NCBI RefSeq assembly: GCF_024502345.1
Contig: NZ_JALDNN010000001.1
DNA from: Escherichia coli
GTDB taxonomy: Bacteria; Pseudomonadota; Gammaproteobacteria; Enterobacterales; Enterobacteriaceae
Strand: one strand, 5' to 3'
Length of the DNA stretch: 64,000 bases
Below, piece by piece: positions 39,052 through 50,906 of this stretch (within the stretch, counting starts at the first letter, position 1; each line of letters starts with the position of its first letter). The position numbers and the translations under genes were made by a program. The notes beneath the pieces were generated by a model. That model saw only the letters and a program-made list of their open reading frames with translations, was not told the DNA's origin and did not search any database.

Positions 39052-39294
39052 ATGATTTATTTATGGATGTTTCTCGCCCTGTGTATTGTCTGCGTAAGCG
39101 GCTACATCGGTCAGGTACTGAATGTGGTATCGGCGGTCTCTTCTTTCTTCGGCATGGTGATCCTCGCTGCACTCATTTATTACTTCACCATGTGGTTAAC
39201 AGGCGGTAATGAACTGGTGACGGGGATATTTATGTTTCTTGCCCCGGCTTGTGGCTTGATGATTCGCTTTATGGTGGGGTATGGCAGGCGGTAG
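39052..39294 (+). CDS. yfdY: small inner-membrane protein YfdY
   Basis: 80-aa hydrophobic ORF with RBS ggaggttgagctATG. Confidence 0.8.
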   Translation: MIYLWMFLALCIVCVSGYIGQVLNVVSAVSSFFGMVILAALIYYFTMWLTGGNELVTGIFMFLAPACGLMIRFMVGYGRR

Positions 39295-39370
39295 TGGGTC
39301 AGGATGGCTCATTTGGGCAGGTGTTCACATCAGCATCAGACATGATTGCTCACCTGCCATGTGACAGACG

Positions 39371-39646
39371 CTATCGCACAGGATGAATAAGATAACTCGC
39401 CTTTGTCGGATAAGTGGGCGTGGTTTCTTCTGTGAGGTTTAATGGTGGCGCATCTTCTCTCATCTTAAACAAAAGCGCCTGTGATGGCTGAAATTTTGTA
39501 GAGTGAGTTGTCGTCATCGCTGATGTTTTTTCAGTCTCTTTATAGCTCCTCTCACTTCCACCACCAGAAATGGAAAATGCAAAAACATTGCATGCCATAA
39601 TAGAGACCAATAAAAATAAGCTAAAAAGTATTAAGTTTACTTTCAT
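39371..39646 (-). CDS. ypdI: small lipoprotein YpdI
   Basis: 91-aa ORF with lipoprotein signal peptide and lipobox (…SIMAC). Confidence 0.78.
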   Translation of the reverse strand: MKVNLILFSLFLLVSIMACNVFAFSISGGGSERSYKETEKTSAMTTTHSTKFQPSQALLFKMREDAPPLNLTEETTPTYPTKASYLIHPVR

Positions 39647-39788
39647 AGAAAGTTATCCTGAAAATGGTTCACTGAGAAAGTACGATGTTATGGCTGTATT
39701 TACATATAATTAATCAATATTTACATCGATATAATAAATGACATCTCTTTGTGGTACATAAGAATAGTTCTCTGTGACAGGAAGCATA

Positions 39789-39806
39789 TTCCTACAATTG
39801 TAAGAC
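39789..39806. promoter_or_regulatory. EvgA-box-like inverted repeat upstream of yfdX
   Basis: ttcctacaattgtaagac fits the EvgA consensus TTCYTACA-N2-TGTARGAA at 17 of 18 positions; about 135 bp upstream of the yfdX start in an AT-rich region. Confidence 0.6.
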
Positions 39807-39941
39807 TAAAATACTTCTTGCGATAATAACTACAACTGTAAGATAACCCTTTCAAAATGACCGTTGCTCTCTGATTTCTCATTTCATGCTCACCCAATAT
39901 GATGGCGGCGTTTTCTAAAACTGTTAAAGAATGAGGAAAGT

Positions 39942-40577
39942 ATGAAACGTTTAATTATGGCCACGATGGTCACAGCAATTCTGGCATCTTCAACTGTATG
40001 GGCTGCTGATAATGCTCCGGTAGCGGCACAACAGCAAACTCAGCAAGTTCAGCAAACCCAGAAAACGGCAGCGGCAGCAGAGCGTATCTCTGAACAAGGT
40101 TTATATGCGATGCGTGACGTGCAGGTAGCGCGTCTGGCTCTGTTTCATGGCGATCCGGAAAAGGCAAAAGAACTGACCAATGAAGCTTCAGCTTTGTTGT
40201 CAGATGACAGTACCGAATGGGCAAAGTTCGCTAAGCCAGGTAAAAAGACCAATGTCAATGATGACCAATATATTGTCATTAATGCATCTGTCGGAATTTC
40301 TGAGAGTTATGTAGCGACACCCGAAAAAGAAGCCGCGATAAAAATTGCCAATGAAAAAATGGCGAAAGGGGATAAAAAGGGCGCAATGGAAGAGCTTCGC
40401 CTGGCCGGTGTTGGTGTAATGGAAAACCAATATCTGATGCCGCTTAAACAGACTCGTAATGCACTTGCTGATGCGCAGGAACTGCTTGATAAAAAGCAAT
40501 ACTACGAGGCAAACCTGGCGCTTAAAGGTGCGGAAGATGGAATCATCGTCGATAGCGAAGCACTGTTTGTGAACTAA
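39942..40577 (+). CDS. yfdX: periplasmic protein YfdX
   Basis: 211-aa ORF with signal peptide (…ILASSTVWA); known EvgA-regulon member in K-12. Confidence 0.9.
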   Translation: MKRLIMATMVTAILASSTVWAADNAPVAAQQQTQQVQQTQKTAAAAERISEQGLYAMRDVQVARLALFHGDPEKAKELTNEASALLSDDSTEWAKFAKPGKKTNVNDDQYIVINASVGISESYVATPEKEAAIKIANEKMAKGDKKGAMEELRLAGVGVMENQYLMPLKQTRNALADAQELLDKKQYYEANLALKGAEDGIIVDSEALFVN

Positions 40578-40820
40578 TGCTGACAGGCAGTATATTGAGG
40601 TAAAGGATTTAACTCCCCCCAGCCGACAATTTTTTATGACCACAATACGACAGGTTGTGGTCATAAAATTATTTGGCACTCACGGTTCTATAAACTCGCA
40701 TTTTATATTCCTCAAAGTAAACCGCAATAATCCCGTGTCATCACAAATCATTTAATATGATATATTTTATGGTACGCTTTAAAAAGTGTAATCATACCCT
40801 TACTTGTAAATCACCGGCGC

Positions 40821-40838
40821 TTCTTACAGTTGTAAGAA
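40821..40838. promoter_or_regulatory. perfect EvgA-box palindrome upstream of frc
   Basis: ttcttacagttgtaagaa, a perfect 8-2-8 inverted repeat matching the EvgA consensus, about 250 bp upstream of the frc start. Confidence 0.65.
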
Positions 40839-41088
40839 TAACATCACAAATGTCGCGACTCTCTCTGATTACCACGAACCAATATTTATCATATTCTTCT
40901 TTTCGTCCTCACTACTTACCATGCAGAAAGGAATTGGAAGTAGCGATGAAATGATTTTCAGTACTTGATACAGGAATGTAAAAATATCGAGTGCCGCTAC
41001 GATGATATTTTGCGGGTTATTTATAGAGGCGTTATGCCTTAAATAAACGCTAAATTAACACATATTTAATTAACTAATAGGTATTGCT

Positions 41089-42339
41089 ATGTCAACTCCA
41101 CTTCAAGGAATTAAAGTTCTCGATTTCACCGGTGTGCAATCTGGCCCATCTTGTACTCAAATGCTGGCCTGGTTTGGCGCTGACGTCATTAAAATAGAAC
41201 GTCCCGGCGTTGGTGACGTAACGCGTCACCAGCTGCGAGATATTCCTGATATCGATGCGCTTTACTTCACCATGCTTAACAGTAACAAACGTTCTATTGA
41301 ATTAAATACCAAAACAGCGGAAGGCAAAGAGGTAATGGAAAAGCTGATCCGCGAAGCTGATATCTTAGTCGAGAACTTTCATCCAGGGGCCATTGATCAC
41401 ATGGGCTTCACCTGGGAGCATATTCAAGAAATCAATCCACGTCTGATTTTTGGTTCGATCAAAGGGTTTGATGAGTGTTCGCCTTATGTGAATGTAAAAG
41501 CCTATGAAAACGTTGCTCAGGCAGCGGGTGGCGCGGCATCCACTACGGGTTTTTGGGACGGTCCGCCGCTGGTAAGCGCTGCAGCGTTGGGTGACAGCAA
41601 CACCGGAATGCATTTACTGATCGGTTTACTTGCTGCTTTGCTGCATCGCGAAAAAACGGGGCGTGGGCAACGAGTCACCATGTCAATGCAGGATGCCGTA
41701 TTGAACCTTTGCCGCGTGAAATTACGCGACCAGCAGCGTCTCGATAAATTGGGTTATCTGGAAGAATACCCGCAGTATCCGAATGGCACATTTGGTGATG
41801 CAGTTCCCCGCGGAGGTAATGCGGGTGGTGGCGGTCAGCCTGGCTGGATCCTGAAATGTAAAGGTTGGGAAACCGATCCTAACGCCTATATTTATTTCAC
41901 TATTCAGGAGCAAAACTGGGAAAACACCTGTAAAGCCATCGGCAAACCAGATTGGATTACCGATCCGGCATACAGTACAGCCCATGCCCGACAGCCACAT
42001 ATTTTCGATATTTTTGCTGAAATCGAAAAATACACTGTCACTATTGATAAACATGAAGCGGTGGCCTATTTGACTCAATTTGATATTCCTTGTGCACCGG
42101 TTTTAAGTATGAAAGAAATTTCACTTGATCCCTCTTTGCGCCAAAGTGGCAGTGTTGTCGAAGTGGAACAACCGTTGCGTGGAAAATATCTGACAGTTGG
42201 TTGTCCAATGAAATTCTCTGACTTTACGCCGGATATTAAAGCTGCGCCGCTATTAGGTGAACATACCGCTGCTGTATTGCAGGAGCTGGGTTATAGCGAC
42301 GATGAAATTGCTGCAATGAAGCAAAACCACGCCATCTGA
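41089..42339 (+). CDS. frc: formyl-CoA:oxalate CoA-transferase
   Basis: 416-aa family III CoA-transferase. Confidence 0.95.
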   Translation: MSTPLQGIKVLDFTGVQSGPSCTQMLAWFGADVIKIERPGVGDVTRHQLRDIPDIDALYFTMLNSNKRSIELNTKTAEGKEVMEKLIREADILVENFHPGAIDHMGFTWEHIQEINPRLIFGSIKGFDECSPYVNVKAYENVAQAAGGAASTTGFWDGPPLVSAAALGDSNTGMHLLIGLLAALLHREKTGRGQRVTMSMQDAVLNLCRVKLRDQQRLDKLGYLEEYPQYPNGTFGDAVPRGGNAGGGGQPGWILKCKGWETDPNAYIYFTIQEQNWENTCKAIGKPDWITDPAYSTAHARQPHIFDIFAEIEKYTVTIDKHEAVAYLTQFDIPCAPVLSMKEISLDPSLRQSGSVVEVEQPLRGKYLTVGCPMKFSDFTPDIKAAPLLGEHTAAVLQELGYSDDEIAAMKQNHAI

Positions 42340-42392
42340 TATTAACGGGGGCTTCTGGCTCCCAATTTATAAAAATTTCGAGGTTATTAATC

Positions 42393-44087
42393 ATGTCAGA
42401 TCAACTTCAAATGACAGATGGTATGCATATCATCGTTGAAGCATTAAAACAGAATAATATTGACACTATTTATGGTGTTGTAGGTATTCCTGTGACGGAT
42501 ATGGCGCGCCATGCCCAGGCGGAAGGCATTCGTTATATTGGTTTTCGTCATGAGCAGTCGGCAGGCTATGCCGCTGCGGCAAGCGGTTTTCTTACCCAAA
42601 AACCGGGGATCTGCCTGACAGTTTCTGCGCCAGGATTCCTCAATGGTTTGACCGCATTGGCCAACGCAACGGTAAATGGTTTTCCGATGATCATGATTAG
42701 CGGCTCCAGCGACCGCGCGATCGTCGACCTACAGCAAGGTGATTATGAAGAGCTGGACCAAATGAATGCGGCAAAACCGTATGCCAAAGCAGCATTTCGC
42801 GTTAATCAGCCGCAGGATCTTGGCATTGCATTGGCGCGCGCTATCCGGGTCTCCGTATCGGGTCGCCCTGGCGGAGTTTATCTTGATTTGCCAGCAAATG
42901 TCCTGGCCGCGACGATGGAAAAAGACGAAGCGTTAACCACGATTGTAAAAGTTGAAAATCCGTCGCCAGCATTATTGCCATGCCCGAAGTCAGTCGCTAG
43001 CGCAATTTCGCTTTTAGCAAAAGCTGAACGACCATTAGTTATCCTTGGCAAAGGCGCGGCGTATTCACAAGCTGATGAACAGCTTCGTGAATTTATTGAA
43101 AGTGCCCAGATTCCATTCCTGCCAATGTCTATGGCGAAAGGGATCCTCGAAGATACGCATCCACTTTCTGCGGCAGCTGCGCGTTCGTTTGCCCTGGCAA
43201 ATGCTGACGTTGTCATGCTTGTTGGTGCACGACTGAATTGGTTACTGGCACACGGTAAAAAAGGATGGGCGGCAGATACACAGTTTATTCAACTGGATAT
43301 TGAACCGCAGGAAATTGACAGCAACCGCCCTATTGCTGTGCCAGTCGTTGGCGATATTGCATCCAGTATGCAAGGTATGCTGGCAGAGCTGAAACAAAAC
43401 ACATTTACGACTCCACTGGTATGGCGCGATATTTTAAATATCCACAAGCAGCAAAATGCACAAAAAATGCATGAAAAATTAAGTACAGATACCCAACCAT
43501 TAAATTACTTTAATGCATTAAGTGCTGTGCGCGATGTATTGCGTGAGAACCAGGATATTTATTTAGTTAATGAAGGTGCAAATACCCTGGATAATGCACG
43601 AAATATTATTGATATGTATAAACCACGTCGTCGTCTGGATTGTGGTACCTGGGGTGTCATGGGCATCGGTATGGGCTATGCCATCGGTGCTAGCGTGATC
43701 TCTGGTTCTCCGGTTGTCGCCATTGAAGGTGATAGTGCTTTTGGTTTCAGTGGGATGGAGATTGAAACGATTTGTCGATATAACCTGCCGGTGACGATCG
43801 TTATTTTTAATAATGGCGGCATCTACAGAGGAGACGGTGTTGATCTCAGTGGCGCTGGTGCACCATCACCAACAGATCTGTTGCACCATGCAAGGTATGA
43901 CAAATTAATGGATGCGTTTCGTGGCGTTGGCTATAACGTCACCACGACAGATGAACTTCGTCATGCTTTAACCACCGGTATTCAGTCGCGCAAACCGACC
44001 ATTATTAATGTGGTCATCGACCCTGCAGCAGGAACTGAAAGTGGCCATATTACCAAACTTAACCCAAAACAAGTCGCTGGTAATTAA
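42393..44087 (+). CDS. oxc: oxalyl-CoA decarboxylase (thiamine-diphosphate dependent)
   Basis: 564 aa; ThDP-binding motif region (…GDSAFGFSGMEIETICRYNLPVTIVIFNNGG…). Confidence 0.95.
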   Translation: MSDQLQMTDGMHIIVEALKQNNIDTIYGVVGIPVTDMARHAQAEGIRYIGFRHEQSAGYAAAASGFLTQKPGICLTVSAPGFLNGLTALANATVNGFPMIMISGSSDRAIVDLQQGDYEELDQMNAAKPYAKAAFRVNQPQDLGIALARAIRVSVSGRPGGVYLDLPANVLAATMEKDEALTTIVKVENPSPALLPCPKSVASAISLLAKAERPLVILGKGAAYSQADEQLREFIESAQIPFLPMSMAKGILEDTHPLSAAAARSFALANADVVMLVGARLNWLLAHGKKGWAADTQFIQLDIEPQEIDSNRPIAVPVVGDIASSMQGMLAELKQNTFTTPLVWRDILNIHKQQNAQKMHEKLSTDTQPLNYFNALSAVRDVLRENQDIYLVNEGANTLDNARNIIDMYKPRRRLDCGTWGVMGIGMGYAIGASVISGSPVVAIEGDSAFGFSGMEIETICRYNLPVTIVIFNNGGIYRGDGVDLSGAGAPSPTDLLHHARYDKLMDAFRGVGYNVTTTDELRHALTTGIQSRKPTIINVVIDPAAGTESGHITKLNPKQVAGN

Positions 44088-44156
44088 ATACTGACATCGT
44101 CTCCTCTTGCCAACTCATTATGCGATGGTGAGGGGACCCTTATCGGAAATACTATT

Positions 44157-45101
44157 ATGCTAACATTTTTTATTGGCGATTTATTGCCTATTATCGTAAT
44201 CATGCTGTTGGGTTATTTTAGCGGCAGACGAGAAACTTTTTCAGAAGATCAAGCCCGGGCATTTAATAAACTGGTATTAAACTACGCGCTTCCTGCAGCC
44301 CTATTTGTTTCTATTACCCGGGCAAACAGGGAAATGATTTTTGCGGACACTCGTCTGACCCTTGTATCACTCGTGGTTATTGTCGGATGTTTCTTTTTCT
44401 CCTGGTTTGGTTGCTACAAATTTTTTAAACGTACCCATGCAGAAGCAGCTGTATGTGCATTAATTGCAGGTTCACCTACCATTGGATTCCTGGGGTTTGC
44501 AGTTCTCGATCCTATTTATGGTGATTCCGTATCAACAGGTTTAGTGGTAGCAATTATTTCTATTATTGTTAACGCAATTACTATTCCTATTGGTCTGTAT
44601 TTGCTGAATCCTTCCTCAGGAGCGGATGGTAAGAAAAATAGTAATCTGAGCGCATTAATTTCTGCGGCAAAGGAGCCAGTTGTATGGGCACCTGTTCTGG
44701 CAACGATCCTGGTGTTGGTTGGGGTAAAAATTCCGGCAGCATGGGACCCAACCTTTAATCTGATTGCGAAGGCTAACTCAGGGGTAGCGGTATTCGCTGC
44801 GGGGTTGACTCTGGCTGCACATAAATTCGAGTTCAGTGCCGAAATTGCTTATAACACCTTCCTGAAGCTGATTCTGATGCCACTGGCGCTGCTTCTCGTT
44901 GGTATGGCATGTCATTTGAACAGCGAACATTTGCAGATGATGGTACTGGCAGGCGCATTACCGCCGGCATTCTCCGGAATCATTATTGCCAGCCGGTTTA
45001 ATGTCTACACCCGCACTGGTACAGCGTCATTGGCTGTGAGCGTACTGGGTTTTGTCGTCACGGCTCCCTTGTGGATTTATGTCAGTCGACTGGTTTCATA
45101 A
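44157..45101 (+). CDS. yfdV: auxin-efflux-carrier-family membrane transporter YfdV
   Basis: 314-aa polytopic membrane protein. Confidence 0.9.
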
Positions 45102-45174
45102 TTAATCATGTTATTGATTTTACATAAACGCCGAAGTGTCTTTTCACCTTCGGCTTTTTTCAAGGCATAAGCAA

Positions 45175-46320
45175 ATGACAAATAATGAAAGCAAAGGGCC
45201 GTTTGAAGGCTTATTAGTTATCGATATGACACATGTCCTTAATGGACCTTTCGGAACTCAACTTCTTTGTAATATGGGCGCAAGGGTAATTAAAGTTGAG
45301 CCGCCGGGCCATGGTGATGATACCCGCACATTTGGTCCCTATGTGGATGGACAGTCACTCTATTACAGTTTTATTAATCATGGCAAAGAGAGTGTGGTTC
45401 TTGATTTAAAGAATGATCACGATAAAAGTATATTTATAAATATGCTTAAACAAGCTGATGTATTAGCTGAGAATTTTCGCCCAGGTACAATGGAAAAACT
45501 AGGGTTTTCATGGGAAAGGTTACAAGAAATCAACCCGCGCCTCATATATGCTTCATCGTCAGGTTTCGGACATACCGGTCCGCTAAAAGATGCTCCTGCC
45601 TACGATACCATCATTCAGGCAATGAGCGGGATAATGATGGAAACAGGGTACCCTGATGCTCCGCCAGTGCGTGTTGGTACCTCTCTTGCGGATCTATGCG
45701 GCGGTGTCTATTTATTCAGCGGAATAGTGAGTGCACTTTATGGCCGCGAAAAGAGCCAGAGAGGGGCGCATGTCGATATAGCGATGTTTGATGCCACGCT
45801 GAGTTTTCTGGAGCATGGTCTGATGGCATATATTGCGACAGGGAAGTCACCACAACGCCTGGGAAATCGCCATCCCTACATGGCACCTTTTGATGTTTTC
45901 GATACTCAGGATAAGCCGATTACGATTTGTTGTGGTAATGACAAGCTTTTTTCTGCGTTATGCCAGGCACTGGAGCTTACGGAACTGGTTAATGATCCCA
46001 GATTTAGCAGCAATATTTTACGCGTACAAAACCAGGCTATTCTTAAACAATATATTGAGCGGACGTTAAAAACGCAGGCAGCTGAAGTTTGGTTAGCCAG
46101 AATACATGAAGTTGGTGTACCCGTCGCGCCGTTATTAAGTGTGGCTGAGGCCATTAATTTGCCACAAACTCAGGCGAGAAATATGTTGATTGAAGCCGGG
46201 GGAATAATGATGCCGGGTAATCCGATAAAAATCAGTGGCTGCGCGGACCCGCATGTTATGCCGGGAGCGGCAACGCTCGACCAGCATGGGGAGCAAATTC
46301 GCCAGGAGTTCTCATCATAA
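45175..46320 (+). CDS. yfdE: acetyl-CoA:oxalate CoA-transferase YfdE
   Basis: 381-aa family III CoA-transferase paralogous to Frc; start MTNNESKGPFEGLLVIDMTHV. Confidence 0.92.
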   Translation: MTNNESKGPFEGLLVIDMTHVLNGPFGTQLLCNMGARVIKVEPPGHGDDTRTFGPYVDGQSLYYSFINHGKESVVLDLKNDHDKSIFINMLKQADVLAENFRPGTMEKLGFSWERLQEINPRLIYASSSGFGHTGPLKDAPAYDTIIQAMSGIMMETGYPDAPPVRVGTSLADLCGGVYLFSGIVSALYGREKSQRGAHVDIAMFDATLSFLEHGLMAYIATGKSPQRLGNRHPYMAPFDVFDTQDKPITICCGNDKLFSALCQALELTELVNDPRFSSNILRVQNQAILKQYIERTLKTQAAEVWLARIHEVGVPVAPLLSVAEAINLPQTQARNMLIEAGGIMMPGNPIKISGCADPHVMPGAATLDQHGEQIRQEFSS

Positions 46321-46375
46321 ATGTAAGATGTGCTGGTAAATAGCTCCCACATTTGAACATTGTGGGAGCCGCTAT

Positions 46376-49300
46376 TTAGTCATTTTGCTGACAGAAAACA
46401 GCAATCTCCTGGTCCAGCTCTGCAATGTGTTCTTTTACAGAGTTCAGCAGCTGAAGAATTTCAGGCTTACTGTCATCTGAAACAGGTGTTATTTCTAACT
46501 GATGGCTAATATTAATCAACTTTTGCAAATTCAGGATGTTAGCCGCACCGTGGATGCGATGAATACACTGATGGAAAGTTCTATTATCGCCAGCTTCTAG
46601 TGCATGAAACGCAGCGGGTAAATCTTTATGTGTTTCATGCTGGAAAGTCATGAGAATCTCCTGCATCAGTTGTAGATCGTTCGCCGTATTATTTTTCAGG
46701 GCTTCGATATCAAGGTGGCGATACTGAGGTGCAATATGCGCAACCTGGTGTAACTGACTTAAATGTGTTTTCAGTACATCCAGGGTCAACGGTTTGAACA
46801 AACATAAGTTCATGCCGCAATTTAACCCTTTTTCACGTTCGTTAGCCTGTGCGTTGGCTGTAAGCCCCCAGATGGGTAAGGAAGAATTTTGCTCACGGAG
46901 TTTGCGAGTCAACTCAAAACCATCCATATTCGGCATATTAACGTCAGTAATAAGCAGATCATAATGTTGCATACTGACTTTGTGTAGCGCTTGCACACCA
47001 TCAGTGGCTTCGTCAACATCATATCCTAATAGATTTAGCTGGCGTTTGAGTAATAGCCTGTTGGTCGGATGATCATCCGCGATTAATATGCTCAACTTTT
47101 CAGGTAGTGTGATAGGTTGTTCTGCTTTTGCCTCGACAGCCGCCACTTGTTGGGTAATTTCTACCGGGATTGTGATCGTAAATGTTGTTCCTATGCCTGG
47201 ATGACTTTCTAATGACAAATCACCCTGCATGTTTTTAATTAATTCTTTGCAGATCATTAAGCCTAAACCAGAACCTGTTTGCTGACGACCTGCACTTGTT
47301 TGGCTATAACGTTTAAACAGTTGTTGTTGTTCTTCCTGTGATAATCCACTTCCAGAATCCATAATCGTTATTTTGATTACAGCGTGGTTGTCATCAATGT
47401 GACCCAGGGAGGTCGTAATTTTTACTGCCCCCTCGGTGGTAAATTTGAGAGCATTACTCAGTAAATTTGATAAGACCTGCTTAAACGCCTGAGGGTCGAT
47501 CTTAACCAGGTAATGTTCAGGAAACGTACTGCTGCAACTTAATGCGATCGATTTGCTTGCAGCAATCGCACCGAAAGAGTGACAAGTGTTCTGGACTAAA
47601 GTAGGAATATCGACCCATTGTGGTTGAAGTTGATAGTTACCCGATTCAATTTTGTCGACATCAAGGATTTCACCAATTAAGCCGAGGAGTGATTGTCCGG
47701 TGGCGTAGGCAAGTGAAATCGCCTCCACCCGTTGTTCCTTGCTAAGACCAGAACCCGACAGAAGTTCCAGGAAGCCCATAATGGAGCTTATTGGTGTTCT
47801 TATTTCGTGACTCATTGTTGCCAGAAACTGACTTTTTGCGACAGTTGCATTGATCGCTTTATTTCTCTCTACTTCGAGTGCATGAATTAAATCACGCGTC
47901 TCGGTAATATCTTGCCAACCACAAATATAAACAGCATGTTCGCTGGCTGGCAGATTACATAATGTATGCCAGTGATTAATGCATCTTTTCTCGATGCCAT
48001 TATCAATTTCAAATACCTGTGTGTATATTGTTCGGTTTTCTTTCGTCTCTGCTGTGACTTCATGCGTATTAGAAAAAACATCTTTAAAGGGTGATTCACT
48101 GTTTTCTAATGGCAACATTGCATTTTTGTAGTAATCAGCAGTGAAATAATGTTCAAATGCACTATTGTGACTAATGACATTACCTTGCCAGTTTACAACA
48201 TAAGTTGGATTCGGTAAGGAGTCCGAGAGCGCTTTCCGGAATGATATTTGGTTTTCTAAATCACCCTGAATGACTTTACGACGACGAACTGAGCGTAACA
48301 GGTAGAATCCCCATAAAAGGCTACTGCCAACTAATAAAACGGATAATGTCGTAACAATATAAAATTGCTCGCTATAGAGGTCCCATGTGTCAATGGTCAC
48401 ATTGGGCATTTTAATCCATTTTTCGGTCAGGCGCAGAACTTCGCTTGGGGGGATTGCATTCAGTGCTTTATTAATAATATCCTTAAGTTCCGGTTCTCCG
48501 CGAGGAAAAGCGAACGAAAGCGATGCATTCGGAACGCCGGGAATAAGAAAATGATAAAGTTCATTAGGATAGTAATGGTCGATCATGTAACGCGAATTTA
48601 ACTGTGTCGCGACCAGAGCATCAAGTTCACCTTCCTTGACCTTGTGAAATGCAGCGCTGGCGTTATCGACTTTTATCCACTCTACCTCCGGATACATCTC
48701 TTTTAATTGCGAATGAAGCTCATAATAATATGGAATGGCAACTTTCATTCCTTTTTTTAATGTTTGTTCACTGTCAGGCGCTTTTTGCATGACAAAAACG
48801 TAAGGCGTTGTTATGAAGGCTTCAGCAAATAAAACATTATTTTCTCTATCTTCACTATAAATAGCACCGGGTAATATATCCCATCCGCCGGGATTCAGCT
48901 GTGTTCCAGCATGGATATTGTGTGAAACGGTGATCGGAGAAAAATTTAAACCTGTTTGCAAGGTAATAATATTAAGAATATCCCCCATAACGCCCCGAAC
49001 CGAGCCATTTTCATCCGTCATAGAATAGGGAGGAGAGTAAGGATTTTCCAGCACCTTTAAATCGGGATGCTGCTTAATCCACTGTTTTTCATGTTCAGTG
49101 AGTTCTAATGGTTTGTTCAGAAAGGCCAGGTTTCCTGTATCAAGCCAATTTTGTGATACTTCATAGCGAACTTCATTTGTTAAAGCATCAACAAATCGAT
49201 TGAGTACTTCATTAAGAACGACAGATTCTTTTCTGGTCAAGAAAAAATTATATTGACGCGGTGAGTTATAATATTTCACTACATTTAAGGAGTGAGTGAA

Positions 49301-49849
49301 ATAGCGGGAAATCATACTGCTGGTAATGATGTTACTACCAATAAAGTAATCATTCTGTCCGGCTGAGACGGATGCTAATGCCTGATATAAATTTGTAAAA
49401 GAGATAATTGTTGCTTTTGGAAATGATTGATGAATTACCTCGTCAGGGGGATAATTTGCTACTCGAGCAATATTTACTGGTTTTGATGAGGTAAGCGGTC
49501 GCATTGAATCGTGAAGGGTGGTGACCAGCGCCGGAAAGGTAATTATCAGTGGTTTGGTTGCAGCAATGTCATCATTAAGAGGCGGCGAAGCAACTAAATG
49601 TGATAACACTATATCGACTTCACCTTCTTCCAGCGCGTCCATTGCTTTTTGATGATCGGCGTATTCCCGGAGTGTTAATTTGATATTTAACGCTCTTTTT
49701 AAAAGATTTAAATAGTCAGCATTAATACCACGAACCCGTTGCTGCGAATCGGTATGCAACAACGTAGCCGTTTGGGACTTATGTACTGCAATCACAAGAT
49801 TTTTTTTGCTCGCTAACCAACGTAATTCCTTGTTGCTCAGACGTAGTGG
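46376..49849 (-). pseudogene. evgS: evgS hybrid sensor kinase missing its first ~40 codons, start codon, signal peptide and promoter
   Basis: Frame matches EvgS from …PLRLSNKELRWLASKKNLVIAVHK… to the native stop at 46376 (periplasmic domains, HisKA/HATPase, receiver, HPt). Homology stops exactly at the IS inverted repeat at 49850; upstream in-frame codons are IS-derived and hit a stop. The ORF-track start is an internal GTG. Confidence 0.85.
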
Positions 49850-50906
49850 GGCTTTGTTGAATAAATCAGATTTCGGGTAAGTCTCCCCCGTAGCGGGTTG
49901 TGTTTTCAGGCAATACGCACGCTTTCAGGCATACCTGCTTTCGTCATTTTGTTCAGCGCTCGTACCAGGGCCATAGCCTCTGCAACCTGACCATCGTAGT
50001 CACGCAGTGTCAGTGAACCCCCGAACAGCTGTTTTACCCGGTACATCGCCGTTTCCGCTATCGAGCGACGGTTGTAATCTGTTGTCCATTTCCACCGCGC
50101 ATTACTCCCGGTCATTCGCTGATTAGCCACTGCACGGTTACGGTCTGCATATTCACCGGGCCAGTAACCCGCACCTTTTCGGGGAGGGATAAGCGCGCTG
50201 ATTTTCTTACGCCGCAGTTCATCGTGACATAGCCGGGTATCGTAAGCGCCATCGGCGGCGGCTGACCTGATTTTCCGGTGGGTTTGCCGGATTAACCCGG
50301 GGAAGGCCTCTGAGTCCGTAACGTTGTTCAGCGACAGGTCAGCGCAGATGATTTCATGTGTTTTACTGTCAACGGCGAGATGCAGCTTACGCCAGATACG
50401 GCGGCGTTCCTGGCCATGCTTTTTGACTTTCCACTCGCCTTCACCGAAGACCTTCAGCCCGGTGGAATCAATTACCAGGTGTGCGATTTCACCCCGGGTG
50501 GGCGTTTTGAAACTGACATTAACCGACTTTGCCCGCCTGCTGACACAGCTGTAATCCGGGCAGCGTAGCGGAACGTTCATCAGAGAAAAAATGGAATCAA
50601 TAAAGCCCTGCGCAGCGCGCAGGGTCAGCCTGAATACGCGTTTAATGACCAGCACAGTCGTGATGGCAAGGTCAGAATAGCGCTGAGGTCTGCCTCGTGA
50701 AGAAGGTGTTGCTGACTCATACCAGGCCTGAATAGCTTCATCATCCAGCCAGAAAGTTATGGAGCCACGGTTGATGAGGGCTTTATTGTAGGTGGGCCAG
50801 TTGGTGATTTTGAACTTTTGCTTTGCCACGGAACGGTCTGCGTTGTCGGGAAGATACGTGATCTGATCCTTCAACTCAGCAAAAGTTCGATTTATTCAAC
50901 AAAGCC
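49850..50906 (-). mobile_element. IS903-like insertion sequence (IS5 family), 1057 bp
   Basis: 18-bp perfect terminal inverted repeats ggctttgttgaataaatc (left) and gatttattcaacaaagcc (right) bracket a single transposase ORF. The 9 bp on either side are unrelated (acgtagtgg vs cggtcaaaa), so there is no target-site duplication. Confidence 0.88.
49906..50874 (-). CDS. IS903-type DDE transposase
   Basis: 322-aa ORF (MKDQITYLPDNADRSVAKQKFKITNW…) with IS5-family catalytic region (…DGAYD…, …YNRRSIAETAMYRVK…); the true start may be internal. Confidence 0.85.
   Translation of the reverse strand: MKDQITYLPDNADRSVAKQKFKITNWPTYNKALINRGSITFWLDDEAIQAWYESATPSSRGRPQRYSDLAITTVLVIKRVFRLTLRAAQGFIDSIFSLMNVPLRCPDYSCVSRRAKSVNVSFKTPTRGEIAHLVIDSTGLKVFGEGEWKVKKHGQERRRIWRKLHLAVDSKTHEIICADLSLNNVTDSEAFPGLIRQTHRKIRSAAADGAYDTRLCHDELRRKKISALIPPRKGAGYWPGEYADRNRAVANQRMTGSNARWKWTTDYNRRSIAETAMYRVKQLFGGSLTLRDYDGQVAEAMALVRALNKMTKAGMPESVRIA

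Noticed and set aside
40610-40670. Inverted repeat ttatgaccacaa…ttgtggtcataa downstream of yfdX
   Set aside because: Could be a terminator or an operator, but the following T-run is weak and it cannot be assigned from sequence alone.
50324-50568. Two short plus-strand ORFs inside the IS element
   Set aside because: Antisense to the IS903-type transposase; no evidence of a second IS gene.
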